A stretch of DNA of 64,000 nucleotides from Lytechinus pictus (taxonomy: Eukaryota): contig NC_087263.1 of the NCBI RefSeq assembly GCF_037042905.1, positions 8,248,001 to 8,312,000 on the forward strand, given 5' to 3'. The notes beneath the pieces were generated by a model. It saw only the letters and a program-made list of their open reading frames with translations. It ran no database searches and was not told the DNA's origin. Positions 13,113 to 26,307 of this stretch are shown piece after piece; within the stretch, counting starts at the first letter, position 1; each line of letters starts with the position of its first letter. The position numbers and the translations under genes were made by a program.

Positions 13113-13604
13113 GTGAGTCCATGATGAAGATGGCATTTTAGTTAGTATGTTGTGTTTGTACGTGTGTTTGTGTGGGTACGCGCATGTGCTGTAGCAAATG
13201 AGTGAGTTTTTCCTCACGAATTGGCTACATCGGTATGACATTACCCATTGATTTAGCGATTTTCACTGTTTATCGGATTTGTGTAAAATTTCATAGTGCT
13301 TGATTCTCTTTTTATTTTGTTATTGTTGAACAAGATTTGATTTGCTTGAGCTCTCTTATAACCTGTCTTCTTTGACTGTGAAAACAGATCTGGTTTGAAA
13401 TTCTTTGAGATCTGAATAACAAATCAATCTTTACGATTTAATATTAACCCTAGATTTCAAATGATCACTTACCACAGCTAATCTTGTTTCAGTTTATGGG
13501 GATTAAAATTATTAAATCAGCTGCTGTTACTGCATTTGGGGTTGTTTGGCCTTGACGCAACAACAAAATCGATTTTTTTTTGTTTGTTTAATTGATGGTT
13601 CCAT

Positions 13605-13810
13605 GACATTTTTTCCGGCGACAATTGCTCCGCTTCAAATTCAACACACTAATTACTAAATATAACTTTGGATTCAACACTTTAAAGACACATAAACATG
13701 ATAAACCTAACCCTAAACATAGCAAACCCATATTGCACGCCTAAGCCTACCCCTATATCACAGACAAAATAAAGCCCGAACAATTGTCGCCGGAACAAAT
13801 GTTGTGTCAC
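13605..13810. mobile_element. Small MITE-like element
   Basis: Terminal inverted TTCCGGCGACAATTG..CAATTGTCGCCGGAA around AACCCT-like repeats. Confidence 0.6.
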
Positions 13811-13863
13811 CTTAATGGATACGTATATACCTTCCTGATAGTATAAATCCTTGTTTTCAATAG

Positions 13864-13972
13864 AATCGCCTATTGGTTCTTCTACTATTGGTCCTATCGT
13901 TGGTGGCGCTATAGGTGGAATACTCATCCTTCTGTTGATTGCCGGCCTGGTGATCATAATAAAAATAAGAAG
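13864..13972 (+). CDS. RPTP exon, transmembrane helix
   Basis: GPIVGGAIGGILILLLIAGLVIII followed by KIRR stop-transfer. Confidence 0.9.
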
Positions 13973-14594
13973 GTAATCGATGTGTCTCTACTGTTTGTAT
14001 TCCCTTAAACTGTAAACTATCAGCCATAAATCATTCTAAAACATATTAAAATAAAATACAATATGGACAACGTGACAAACGTAACTTACCAAACACCGTC
14101 TATGTTTAGAGAGATATTCAAAGCGTTCTGCAATTTTTACCTAAGGTTTTTACAGTTGACCATGTGCTAAGATATGGATCGGATTGGTAGGGGCAGATAA
14201 GGATCACTGGATTATCTTTTTAAGGAAGGAAGAGGGGGTTGCTTGTCTTTAGATGATTATTATGATAACATTGGATATCAAAGAAGAAGAGAGTTAGTAG
14301 TATTGATTGTGTTAGCAGTAATAGTACGATAATTGAGAGGAATGAATTGTTATACGGATGATATTTTCACTTAAAGAACGACGTCTACCCCGAAAAAGGG
14401 TATAGATGAACAAGAAAGGAAAATTGAAATGAGCATAACAATCGAAATGTAATTAAAACCGGATGTAAAATAGGGAATTTATATGACAATTTGCAATTCT
14501 GCTTGTATTAGTATAACACTTATATGCACAAGAAGATGTCGCCTGTTATATCTTGTTTTTTGACGGTCTATTTTTTTTTTTTACTTTGATTTAG

Positions 14595-14665
14595 GAATCG
14601 AACCAAAGAAGTTTCAAAACCTGTGACTAACAAAAACGATGGATTTATCGAAGGCATTTCCACTG
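14595..14665 (+). CDS. RPTP juxtamembrane exon
   Basis: Phase 2-1 exon NRTKEVSKPVTNKNDGFIEGIST with tttag/gtaag; bridges the flanking exons in frame. Confidence 0.75.
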
Positions 14666-15068
14666 GTAAGATAACGCCGAGTCAGCTGTTGTTGACATGT
14701 TGGGCAATTTCTATTAAGCATCGGTACACCTATTTGTAATATCCCAACCAAATCCCTCCAACTCTGTGTAAAATTACCAATTTCGCTTTTTAAAGTTGCA
14801 CTGTTGGTCCTAAGATGAATGATACATAGGTAGTTTTGTTTCTTGAATACAGACCTATTTATCTTGCACTAGGTACAAAATTTAACATGAGGTAAAAGTG
14901 AAAATGTCCTGACCAGACAGCCATTTGTGTTTTCTCAGTTAATAGCTTGTAATGCTGTTTTAATGTTCTTGGTTCGTTATTAGTAAAGCATAATGACATA
15001 TTGCCGGTGTCGACAGCTGTTTGCCCCCGAAGTTTGGATGCAATCAGAGGATGTAATTATTTAGGGTT

Positions 15069-15362
15069 CAGGGGCGGATCCAGCTTTTTATAAAGGGGGG
15101 GGGTTGGGGTGGTATGCGAGGGAGCGTAGCGACCGAGTCCAAGCGAGCGGAGCGAGCGAGGGGGGAGGGTGTGGGAGGGGGGTGTCCCCCCTCCCACAGT
15201 AGGGAAAATTTTTGAAAATCTGTGTGTGAAAATGGCGTTTTCTTGCATCTAATAAAATTACAAGTTTAAAAAAAAGATAAGATTTAAAAAAATGGTCCCC
15301 GGATTTTTTTTTGGGGGGGGTTGCAACCCCACCCCCCAACCCCCCCTCTAGATCCGCTTCTG
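15069..15362. mobile_element. hAT-like MITE
   Basis: Termini CAGGGGCGGATC..GATCCGCTTCTG; GAGC repeats; no clear TSD. Confidence 0.6.
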
Positions 15363-15603
15363 GGGTTGTGCTTGCCTAAAAATGCAATAAACGCCATAAA
15401 AGATCGTAAAACTCTGCAATGAAGTACTCTGATTGCATTAAGCTTCGGGGGCTAACCGCCGGGCACTAGCGTCTGAACTGGCATGTGTGTGTGATCGCCC
15501 ATTTAAAAGCATTTCATTTTCATGCGATAATTACTGACTACCTCGTAATCACGCGGTGGTTCAATCTTCCGTTTGTCTTTTCCTTTCCAATCCCTTATTC
15601 GAG

Positions 15604-15854
15604 ATAAAGGCCAAGAAACAGATCAACCATCTCAGCGGTACGAAAACCTGGGGCGTCGGAAACCGATGGAACCTTCAAACCAAATCCCTATGCCCGACCT
15701 ACCAACTAGGCCTACTCCTTTAGACGAGGGTTACAAGCCTACACGAATTACAGTAGAGGAATCTTCAAAGGATCGCCGCCTCATACCTGTCTCAAAGTTC
15801 GCCACTTTTGTTGAGAATAATAGGCACACTGACACATTCTATAAGGATTTCCTT
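15604..15854 (+). CDS. RPTP juxtamembrane / wedge exon
   Basis: DKGQETDQPSQRYENL..IPVSKFATFVEN..FYKDFL; phase 1-0. Confidence 0.8.
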
Positions 15855-16858
15855 GTGAGCAATTAGGAAGTTTTCGCACTACGACGTAGAACAAATTTAA
15901 GAACACAGCACATGCATTGAAAAATCCCCATTAACTCACAAATTGGGGAACAGGTAAAGCATTTTCGTCGTAAGTTTCGGAGCTGACGAAAAACCGCAAA
16001 CGTGTCGTTTGTCCAGAGAGGACTGTTGTTTGATTTGCAAATTCAATTTTCGACGAAGCTCTTTGTCATGAAGGGCAATTGATAATACATTTTTTAATGT
16101 TCTTGAAAACGTTTGTCGTCTTAGTTCGAAAACTCCCTATTATTATTGTAATCCTGGCAACTCGCCATACATTTTGAACGTCTTCAAAATTCTTCAAAAC
16201 ATGCTATTTTTAGTTGTACTAAAGATTATGTGTGTAATTCCTCTGCTGGTCATGTTGTTACTTGAGGTATAAGGACTTCAATGGAGATAAGCCATCCAGG
16301 CTTTCATAAAAATCAAATAAAATGAAATTAATAAATCAATTGGTTACACCTTGTTCCTACTGTCATAATTGGTGCCACGATTAAACCCACAGTCTAAACT
16401 GTGGAGTGATCGTATCGATCTTATCAGATCTTGAGGTCAGTCGTGGCAATTCCTGAAGTATATTCGCAAAAGCCCAATCCTAACGGTTCGCGCTACAGTG
16501 GGGATGAGGTATTAGGCTATAATGATAAAAGTAAAGACATTAATTTGACATGTGTGAACTTAAAAAAATTGAATCTATGAAAAGCATATACGTACTAACA
16601 TATACGTACTAGTGCATTTTAGTTATGGAACATGCTAGAAGTTTATTGGGCGTGTAAGGAAATTATAAAAGGGGTGTTTCATCTGACTCTTAACTGTTTT
16701 TAACTAAAACCAATTTTTTACTACACGATTTATCTGATTTCTATCAGATGGGAGAAACAAGTGGAGAAATAAGTGAAACAAAATAATAATTGAACTACAT
16801 TTTGAAACCACGATTAGTTTTCATAATTGTTATTTTCTCATTTTAATTGTAATTTTAG

Positions 16859-16958
16859 AATTTGGCAAACGTTTGTCCTGGTCCTCCAGCCTTGATGATA
16901 AGAACTGCGTTGAAGAAAGAAAACCGGTCAAAGAGTCGAAACACGAACAACCATCCAC
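16859..16958 (+). CDS. PTP-domain exon (degenerate KNRY region)
   Basis: ALKKENRSKSRNTNNHP aligns with the N-x-x-K-N-R-Y-x-N-I-L-P motif; phase 0-1. Confidence 0.75.
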
Positions 16959-17619
16959 GTAATAAAAAAATAATATCAATGTGTGGTTTTCATGAATATC
17001 TTTGTTAGTTAACTTGTTTCAAGACGGTAAAAATATTATCAGCAACAGGGCTTGGTCCTGCGAAGTGGGGGTGTTAGGGTGCTGAAGCATCCCCAAGATT
17101 AGCCTGGGGGTGTTGGGTGCTTGTCAATATCATAGGCAGTACCTCCTGTTAATCAAGTAGGATATGCTAAGTACAAATATACCCAAAATATATTTTATTG
17201 TGAAGTTAAAACCTTTGATTTTGTTTTGTTTTTTGCGGTGCCAATTTACTTCTGGGACAGTTTTCAGTTTTCTTCTCAAATATTCTTCAAAACCGGCTAT
17301 CCCTATTAAAAAATCGTTCCCAGGACCAGCTGCATGACTAGTTTGTAAACAGGTCCGTATGAAGATAAAATACAATAGCAAACAAAAAATAAGATAGCAA
17401 ATTTATTTAATGTTGGATAATTAAAGACAAGTAAAGAAATATTATAAACGTGACAGCTTTAACACGTAGCTCTCTCATTGATTGCCTGTATTTAATGTCA
17501 TTTGGTGTTCACTATAACTTTATGGTTTTATTCCCATTAACATCAGTTTCTTGGCAAATTAATTTTTGCTCAATAATATCGATATCCTTTCTTTTACCCT
17601 CATATTGACAAACTTCCAG

Positions 17620-17693
17620 TGGATAGGAACAGAGTCATCCTAGAGTCTGTGGGCTCTTTAGATTCAGATTTCATCGATGCCAGCTACGTCAAG
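17620..17693 (+). CDS. PTP-domain exon
   Basis: DRNRVILE..SDFIDASYVK matches DxxRVxL..DYINAS; phase 1-0. Confidence 0.88.
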
Positions 17694-18514
17694 GTGAGTT
17701 TAATTATTCAAATCGGGAGATTTCGGATGAAGGTAGTTAAGAGGACAGCAGCAGGGAAAAAACAACGTTATACACAAAATCTTATCTCAACATAAGATAT
17801 CTACGTTCCATCGATTACGCCTAGTCGTGGTTTCAACATGAATAGTTTCACATTTGGAGCCATGTTTTTTTTCGACGTAATTTAAGCACCACCGTTATTT
17901 GTCAAAGTGCTATGCTGTTAGGCGAATGTAAGAGACATTATTTCCCCCAAGGAACTACATCATCATGATGGAATAAGCATAAACCCATCAAATATAAATG
18001 GAAAAACTTAGGCATGCAACCCTCATGGTCGTCAAACGTCACAATTTTTCAAAGATGAGAATGTTCTAGAAGTATGCACTGAACTCATTTAAGTTATTGT
18101 TTATTTTTTATTGAAGTAAAATTCGTCTTATACCCCCCTGAGCTTGACCCTAATATGAGATGTTAACATTTTATCCTACAAGAAAACATATAGAAACATG
18201 CAATAGTCTAGGAAGATCAGAGCCAATATATCAATGACTCTGAATAGAGTGATCTATCTGTATCTTTTTAAGTGTAGTATTCTTGATATTTCGTACATTG
18301 TAATTTGTTGTGATTTTCATACGGTAAATAAATCCAAAACGAACCATCACGAAATCTTTAGGAATACATTATGCGTGGGTGTGGGCGGAATGGTGTTATG
18401 TATGTGTGACATAGCTACGCTGTAACAGTTATAGATTGTCTAACAATTATATAATCATTTAACATTCAATTTGCTTTATAATGTGGATTTTTTTTCTCCT
18501 CACGTGTTGTATAG

Positions 18515-18643
18515 GGTATTCGATGCCGGTTTATAACTACACAGATGCCTATGCCTAACACAGTCGCCGCTTTCTGGGACGTGGTATTTTACAACCAACC
18601 AACTGTTATCATCATGCTTAACGATGATGACAGACGTAACAAG
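18515..18643 (+). CDS. PTP-domain exon
   Basis: FITTQMPMPNTVAAFWDVVF..VIIMLN matches YIATQGP..T..DFW..IVMLT. Confidence 0.9.
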
Positions 18644-18835
18644 GTGAGTGGCCTCCTGGAAAGAACATATTGTCCAAAGTGTGTCCGGAGGTGTGTTCAC
18701 ATTGTGTCCACAGTGTAACTAAAAGTGTGTTCAGAGTGTGGGAAAAAAATATAAAATCATCTTCATACTGGTCGCAACCCTCACGTTTCACATTGTGAAT
18801 CTCACGGTGCTACTTTATGAACATACCGTGAAAAA

Positions 18836-19857
18836 CACACACTCTTCGATTCCACATTGAGAAAATTGATGATTTCAACGATGTGAAATATATACCCACA
18901 CGATCCACTACCTAAACATACTGTGAACACATTGTACTCAGATTTGTTCAGCATGGACTATAGGCTCTTAATTGTGGAGAGCCTTAAGATTCTTTCACAG
19001 GTATATATATACATTTGATATTTACTTCATCAAAATGATGATTATAGACCGTTACTAAATAATCTTATATGCTACTAAATATGATTCATGATCTGATGTT
19101 AGCACCTAGATAGCTATAGAAAATGTTCATCTCATTCTTTGTGACTCAAAAAGAGATAGTTGTGCATTAACATTGATAACACGTGTATAATTTTGTGTTA
19201 CATTCTGTGTTACGGCTATTATATCGTGACAGCAGAACCTCACCTCTCCTAGGAGATATTGAGATGTTCGGGATTACCCCGCGTTCGGGATTACCCCACT
19301 CTTCATTCTTCAATGAAGGAAACGTAAAAAACGAAAATCTGTCATATGCATTTTCTCGATTATTCTTTAATCGGAAGAGACCAGTCAACAGATCCGTGCA
19401 TAGGAATTCAGACAACATTCTGTGTTTCAGCTATTACTGCCGTGACAGCAAAACCTCACCTCTCCTAAAGATATTACGGTGTTCGGGATTACCCAACTCT
19501 CCCCTACACACGCTCTTCGATTCCAAATTGAGAAAATTGATGATTTCAACGATGTGAAATATATCCACACACGGTCCACTACGTAAATATACTGGGAACA
19601 CACTGTACTCAGATTTTTTCAGCATGGATTATAGGCTCTTAACCGTGGAGAGCCTTAAGATTCTTTCACAAATACATATTTACATTTGATATTTACTTCG
19701 TCAAAATGATGATTATAGACCGTTACTAAATAATCTTATACGCTACTGAATATGATTCATGTTCTGATGTTAACACCTAGATAGCTATAGAAAATGTTAA
19801 TCTCATTCTTTGTGACTCAAAAAGAGATAGTTGTGGATTAACATTGATAACACGTGT
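18836..19857. repeat. Intronic direct duplication of ~350 bp
   Basis: 18836-19185 is repeated at 19507-19857; a shorter repeat lies at 19225-19300 vs 19441-19500. Confidence 0.85.
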
Positions 19858-20282
19858 AGAATCTTTGACTCTGTATGTAACAAAAATGAAAGTATAAAGG
19901 CCTATTTATTACGGAGGTGGCCATTGGGTTAATGCTTGATTGTTTTAGGAAAAAACTTACAAGACAATCCTGGTGTTTGTTTAACACCATGTGGTGTTAT
20001 AACGGCACTGTTGGTGGAGTCTTGAGTGTTGTGTTAAAAATCACATTGAATAATTTTATTACCTTGGGTATTTTATTACCTTAGGTTTTATTCGTCCAGC
20101 AGCATCTCAAATCATGAATGTTACTTGCTACATTTATCATTTTATTATGATCGAGATCGAGATTTTCAAGTTAACGGTGGAGAAGAAGTGTGATGGCTGT
20201 ATCGATAATTAAAGTCGGTCGATGTGCAAGTTGTTACTCAATTAAATTTAATTTACATGTATGCCTATCCTAATCCCTTTAG

Positions 20283-20411
20283 GTTTGTGCCCAATACTGG
20301 TTGGACAATGGCGTTGCAACTTTCGGATCCTTTTCTATCACAACGTTGTCTGTCTCTGAGAACGAAGGACTGATAGAGAGGGAGATGCAAGTTACTAGAA
20401 ACAATTCAAAG
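20283..20411 (+). CDS. PTP-domain exon
   Basis: VCAQYWLDNGVATFGSFSITT..REMQVT matches KCxQYWP..G. Confidence 0.88.
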
Positions 20412-21865
20412 GTATACCCTTTCTTCTACATCTCAAATTTATAAAATCTCATTAAGAAATTGAAATATTTGTTTACCTATAGCTCCTTTTTAATTTAAAT
20501 GTATTTTTGGTTCCCGTTCTATAAACACGTCTTATTTCATGTTACAATTAGATATTAGCCAATCTGATTAAAATATTTCAGTAGCTTTAAATTGTTATTA
20601 CAAAATTCGTTATGACTCTTTTATGAAACTGACCCAAGATTATGGGCACTTGCTTGTTATTTAAAGGGAGAGTTTGAATATGTCCAAACTGGTTGGGATA
20701 TGGATGAATTCAAAGCACTCTAAAGAATCTATACACATAGCTCGCATGAAGCGTTATGGTTTGGATCGGGTTCTTGAAAAAAAAAATGTACCGGGACTGT
20801 TTGAAGAACCTGGAAGTTAACCATGTTCTGGATTTTGAAGAATTTGTTGTGTACCCTTTTGGCCTTTTAGCGGGAGTTTCAAATTAAAAATTCACAATAA
20901 TAAAACACATACAAAATAATTGATCAAATAACAAATGTGACATTTAGTAAATTATAAACAATAGATATTATGTAAATTTTATGAACAAGTACAAATAGAA
21001 AGAAGGGGCCAGTAATCGTATGCAAATTGCTTAAGTACATCGTAGTCGACATTGTACAATACGACTTGATAAATGCCATTGAGACATTACATTCTTAAAA
21101 TTGAGTCGTATGGTAATTTGTCTTGTGAAGTAACATTTGTTTCGATATAATAGGAACCGCAACAAACATGAATAATTAGTAAATTTGATTAGACTTTTTC
21201 CATTTTATCACAATAAATGAAAGAAATAATAAAAGAATATGCTTACATAAACCCCCGTTGGAAGGTATAGACAGTTCTTGTTAATCCAAAATATGATAGC
21301 TCTAAATGACAAAATAATGATCCAAATTGGCTGGCAAGTAGCTCTTAAGTCAAAGCCCATAATGCTGATGATGATGAAATTGATGTTGAGTTGCGATGGG
21401 CGATCATAGTCACTGAGCTAAAATATTCTTGAACACAGCCGATATCAGCAATCCATGAGTTGAAAAATGTTCTGTCGAACCTATCGATGTTCTTGATGAG
21501 AACTGACAATTCCTCTCAAAACATTTGCAAATAGTCTCTTGATGATACGAAAAGAGTTCAACATAAGTAAATATGGTATTCCGCCATTGAATGAAATGCT
21601 GCAAGATAACTTATCGAGACATTCTAGAATATTCTTGTGAATTAAAACACAGCAGTTCTTTACTTGCAATTCCTTTTATTAAAACAAATGATTAATTTCC
21701 CATCTGCAAACTCTCTCAGGGGTTGTGAATAACCAAATGGTTAAAATAATTCTCATACAATTATTATTGTATGAAACATTTTTGAGTGCCAATTTTTCCA
21801 GATGAATAAAATAAGTACCTTAAAAATTTACAGATAACATGAATATGTTTTAATACTCATTCTAG

Positions 21866-22004
21866 GCTCGTCATGTAGTGAAGCAGTACCAGTTCTTACA
21901 CTGGCCAAATGAGGCCGAGCAGCAAGCGAATCGAGCTCGTCAACTAATCAATCTAATGACAAAAGTTCAGGAAACTTTAGAACGATTCCGAGAAGGGTTC
22001 CCAG
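21866..22004 (+). CDS. 5' part of the split PTP exon (WPD-loop region)
   Basis: HVVKQYQFLHWPNE..EGFP, then the insertion; resumes at 44870. Confidence 0.9.
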
Positions 22005-22079
22005 TATGGGGCGCCAAGTGTCCGCCAGTGAATTCCGTCCAAATCACGGCATTCCGTACACAAAATGTGTTTTTATTCA

Positions 22080-22690
22080 GACGAAAATCATTTCGTCATG
22101 ACGCTTTTTTATTTCGTACACAAAATTTATTTTTTGTCACACAAAATCAATTTCGTCTCGACGAAATGCACGAAATCAATTTCGTCTAGACGAAATGTAA
22201 TTGCGTCCACAAAGTTTATTTGGCGTGCCATACGAAATGAATTTTTATCAAACGAAATGGCGCACCAAATGTCCGATGGTAAATTCCGTCCAATTCACGC
22301 AATTCCGTACACAAAATGTGTTTTTGTTCATATGAAAATCATTTCGTCATGACGCAGTTTTATTTCGTATACGAAATTATTTTTTGTCACACAAAATCAA
22401 TTTTCGTCGAGACTAAATGTAATTGCGTCCACAAAATTTATTTCGTTGCGATGCGAAAATCTATTCCGTCGACGAAATCATTTTGTGTCAAAACCACAAA
22501 AAAATTTCGTTGACAAAATGATTTTGTGTCAAAACACAAAAAAATTTCGTCGACGAAATGATTTTGTGTCAAAACACAAAAAAATAATTTCGTCGACGAA
22601 ACGATTTCGTGTCAAAAGACAAAAAAATTTCGTCGACGAAATGATTTTGTGTTTTGAGTCTTTTTGACATAAAATCATTTCGTCTCCTCT
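22080..22690. repeat. Subterminal arrays of the palindrome TTCGTCGACGAA (mirrored at 44185-44790)
   Basis: ~250-bp duplicated unit plus ~40-bp tandem units (44221, 44261, 44301, 44341). Confidence 0.9.
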
Positions 22691-24684
22691 GTCTCGAAGG
22701 GGACATAAGAAGGTCGCTGATTGGCTGCACCTTGCTTGCTCAAGCTGTTTTCGCTCCGGGACGATCACACTTTTTCACAGCTCAGATTGGCATGTTGGTG
22801 AACTTATTAGCTTAGATTTCACGTTATTCATGCCTACATGAGCTGCATACAACTGCTCTAATCGGTAGGATGTGGACGGACATTGCATTCGTAAGTTCAG
22901 CTATGTTTTCGACTTCAAAATTACGTTGAAAAAAAATGGGAATTCGTTAGTCGTTACCAAACTTGCATTTGCAAAAAGCTGTGTAACAATACTAGTCCCG
23001 TGTATTTAAGTTTATGTACTGTAGTCAGCAGACCATGGGGGGGGGGGGGGTTGGTCTTTTCTGCACACCTAAAAAGTAAAATGGTTATGAATTATACAGG
23101 TTGAAGATATTTAGGCCTTGATCTTAATAAATAATGTAAAATTCATTCCGAGCAAAATGCTGAAAATTTCATTGAAATTGGATGACAACAAAAGTTATTG
23201 ATGCCTGGCCGTACATGCCGTATGAAACTCTAACTTAACCGTTTAGGCTACTCCACTCAGTGACTCACGCGTATTGCGAGGTTAGTATTAGTATATTAAC
23301 CTCGCACCATTAACCACGTTTGGCAATGGATTTCTAACTAGTGGGTCACGCGTGATGTGATCCCACTTCTGGTGTCCACAACACACAACTTCTATTGCTT
23401 GATTTTTCTGTGCGCGGCGGCATGTAATGAACCCTTGAGTGACTAGGCCTAAAAAACTCAGGCAATGGTTCGTATAGCCAGCCATTAAACACTCCACTAT
23501 AGCCTATAGGTGAAGCAGAGGTTAGCAGTAGTGAAGTGTAGTGGAGCTTACACGAACTTGTGGTAGCCCTGGCCCCACTCATTACTAGTTCGAGGTTAGT
23601 GGCTACATATAGTTGCTACAGTACATGTATAGATCTATAGTACTAACCTCGTACACCGAACTGCATTTGGCCCTGGATTTCTGTGAAGTTGGCAAACATC
23701 GCTTCATTACAATACAGAATTAATATTTGCCGAAACTCCTCGCTACTCACCGGGGCGCTTTGCGGTGAGTAGCCATAATACAAAAAGTCAATAGTATATT
23801 TTTAATTAGGCCTAAATCAAAATCATCTTTAAAAAAAAGCAAATTTGATTACTTTGGAGTTTGGACTAGAAAGTGACTTTGCGTGTCTCTTCTTTTTACG
23901 CAAATAAAAGGAAGCCTGATGGTGGCGCTAATAAATTTCACAGCCTTGATTCAGGCTCGCTTCAAATGCAGCTCCTCGGTAATTATGCCCCCGCAGACAA
24001 AGTCCGGAGGGGGCATTAAGCGTTGCTCCTGTCCGTTGATTCGCCCGCCCCCCCAATTGGTTTCCGTGCAATAAATCGAAATATATTTCGATTTATATAT
24101 ATTGATTTAAAAAAAAATTGGTGTGTAGGTACATGACACCATAGTACAGGCTAACTTTGAATTCAGAGTCTGCAGGTCCAAGGTCACAGCTCATGAAATA
24201 TCCGAGTTGGTTTCCGCATGATGACTTATGAAATATTCAACAGATTTATAAAAATTAGGGTGTGTAGGTAGATGACACCATATACAGGCTAAGTTCGGAG
24301 TCGGCAGGTCAAAGGTCACGGCTCATTAAATATGCAATTTAGTTTCCGCATGATTACTTATGAAATATTCTACATATTTAAACAAATTTGAGTGTGTAGG
24401 TAGACGACACCAAAATACAGGTCAAGTTCGAATTCATAGTCGGCAGGTCAAAGGTCACGGCTCATTAAATATGCAATTTAGTTTCCGCATGATTACTTAT
24501 AAAATATTCTACATATTTAAACAAATTTGAGTGTGTAGGTAGATGATACCAATACAGGCTAAGTTCGAATTCGGAGTATGCAGGTCAAAGATCACAGCTC
24601 CTTAAAGATATCTTATGAAATATTCAACAGATTTTTAAAAAATTTGGGTGTGTAGGTAGATGATGATGATGCACAGCATTTTTA

Positions 24685-26307
24685 CAGCGGCGTAACAGGG
24701 TTCGGTGGCCAGGGGGGGGGGGGTTGGCAAGAGCCAAAAATTTCCCGGTCATATCATGGTATGAATAGGCGTAATGGTGTAGTAAGGCGACTATTTTGAG
24801 AAGGCCAGAACTTACCTTTAAAAAAAGTTGCGAGCGAGCGGAGCGAGCGAGCAATTTTTTTTATACCTTTTTAATACAAAAATCCAATTTTGTGATAGAT
24901 TTTGACATGATATCCAGCTGATAATAAATTTATTTAATTCTTCTCTCTTTAGATTCCTTTTTTGTCACGGTGGTCTGTACGCCACTGTGAAGAGGATTCT
25001 TTGCGGCAGTAGCGTGAAGAGTAAAAAACAAAACAAAAAAACAACGAGGAGCGCAGTATAGAACATGTGCCAAAAGGCTGCTTTATATATATAAGTCCTG
25101 AGCGAGCGAAGCAAGCGAGAAAAAAAATCAACTTTTCATGAGAATCTAACTTTGAGCTATTTTTTAACATATTCAGTAATTAAAATCATATCCTACAATA
25201 CTTTTCCAACAAAAAAGGAGGCAATTCCTCCTTTTTTTTTTCTTGGCTGTAGAACTTTTTGGGGGCATGGCCCAACCCTTCCATACGCAGTGCTGTGTGT
25301 TTGGGGTCCAGGGCAGAGCCCCAGGAACTTCTTGATATCAAAGCCATTTAAACCTTGCAGATTTCCCCAATTTTAATCAAATCGCGGGCATAATATAACT
25401 TTTACACAACACATTTATTCAACCCAGTTGCGTAATGAACCAAATATTTTGAGGGGGCAAAACATAGAAATGTGGGAAAAATTTGTGAAAAGTCGCCAGT
25501 GTGCAAAGCGAGCTGGAAAAATTGCCTATTGAAATTAAAATCTAATTATGTGATAGATTTTTCCATTATTATCAGCAAATAACACATTTCCTTGTTTTTA
25601 TTCATTTCATTATACGTCATGTACGTTGTCTCCTATAAAATTTCTTTTATATCCTCTTGGGCGTGGAACCACGACCCCCCCCCCCCCCGTCTGTATGGCA
25701 GTGATTGAACGTGATTGAACGGGGGCGTTATAGAGCCATTTGAAGATTATAAATGAAGAGCCCCTACTTTGTGGGGTCTGGGGCAAAGCCCCGGTAGCTT
25801 ATTTGCATAAAATTTAGAAAACTTATAGCACAATGTTGTATGCAGTCCATCTTTCTTCCCGCTCTTTAATTTCAATCATCAGCAGCCCGGTCGTGTTATT
25901 TTTTTTCTTGTTCCTTTTCTTTGTTTTCTAATTTAGCTCTTGACTAATTACATTCTACCTTCGTTTCCCGCTATTGTTTGCCATTTTGTCATCTTTTAAT
26001 TTATTTCCCACCGTGCTATTGCATTACATAGGCCCTTTTCTCAATGATTTGTTCTTTTTCAAATGTTAATTCTATCGTACATTTTCCCGCTTTCCTCCCT
26101 TTTTTACTAAAAACAGTTTTTTCTTCGTTGTCTTTTTCCTTTTCTCTTTCCATTTCCCTTCCCTCCTTTTCTTTCCCCTTTCCTTCCCCTTTACCTTTCT
26201 TTCTCCCTCCTTTTTTTCTTTTTCCCGTTGTTTTTTAATTTTCCCGGTGAAATCCGCCAGGGGGGGGGTAACTTGCCCCCCCTGCCCCCCCGCCTGTTAC
26301 GCCACTG
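24685..26307. mobile_element. Non-autonomous hAT element nested in the left arm
   Basis: TIRs CAGCGGCGTAACAGG / CCTGTTACGCCACTG. 8-bp TSD CATTTTTA at 24677-24684 and 26308-26315. Confidence 0.88.

Noticed and set aside
22065..22768. Short ORFs in the terminal arrays, and similar ORFs at 40331-42719 and 44355-44803
   Set aside because: Low-complexity translations of tandem repeats.
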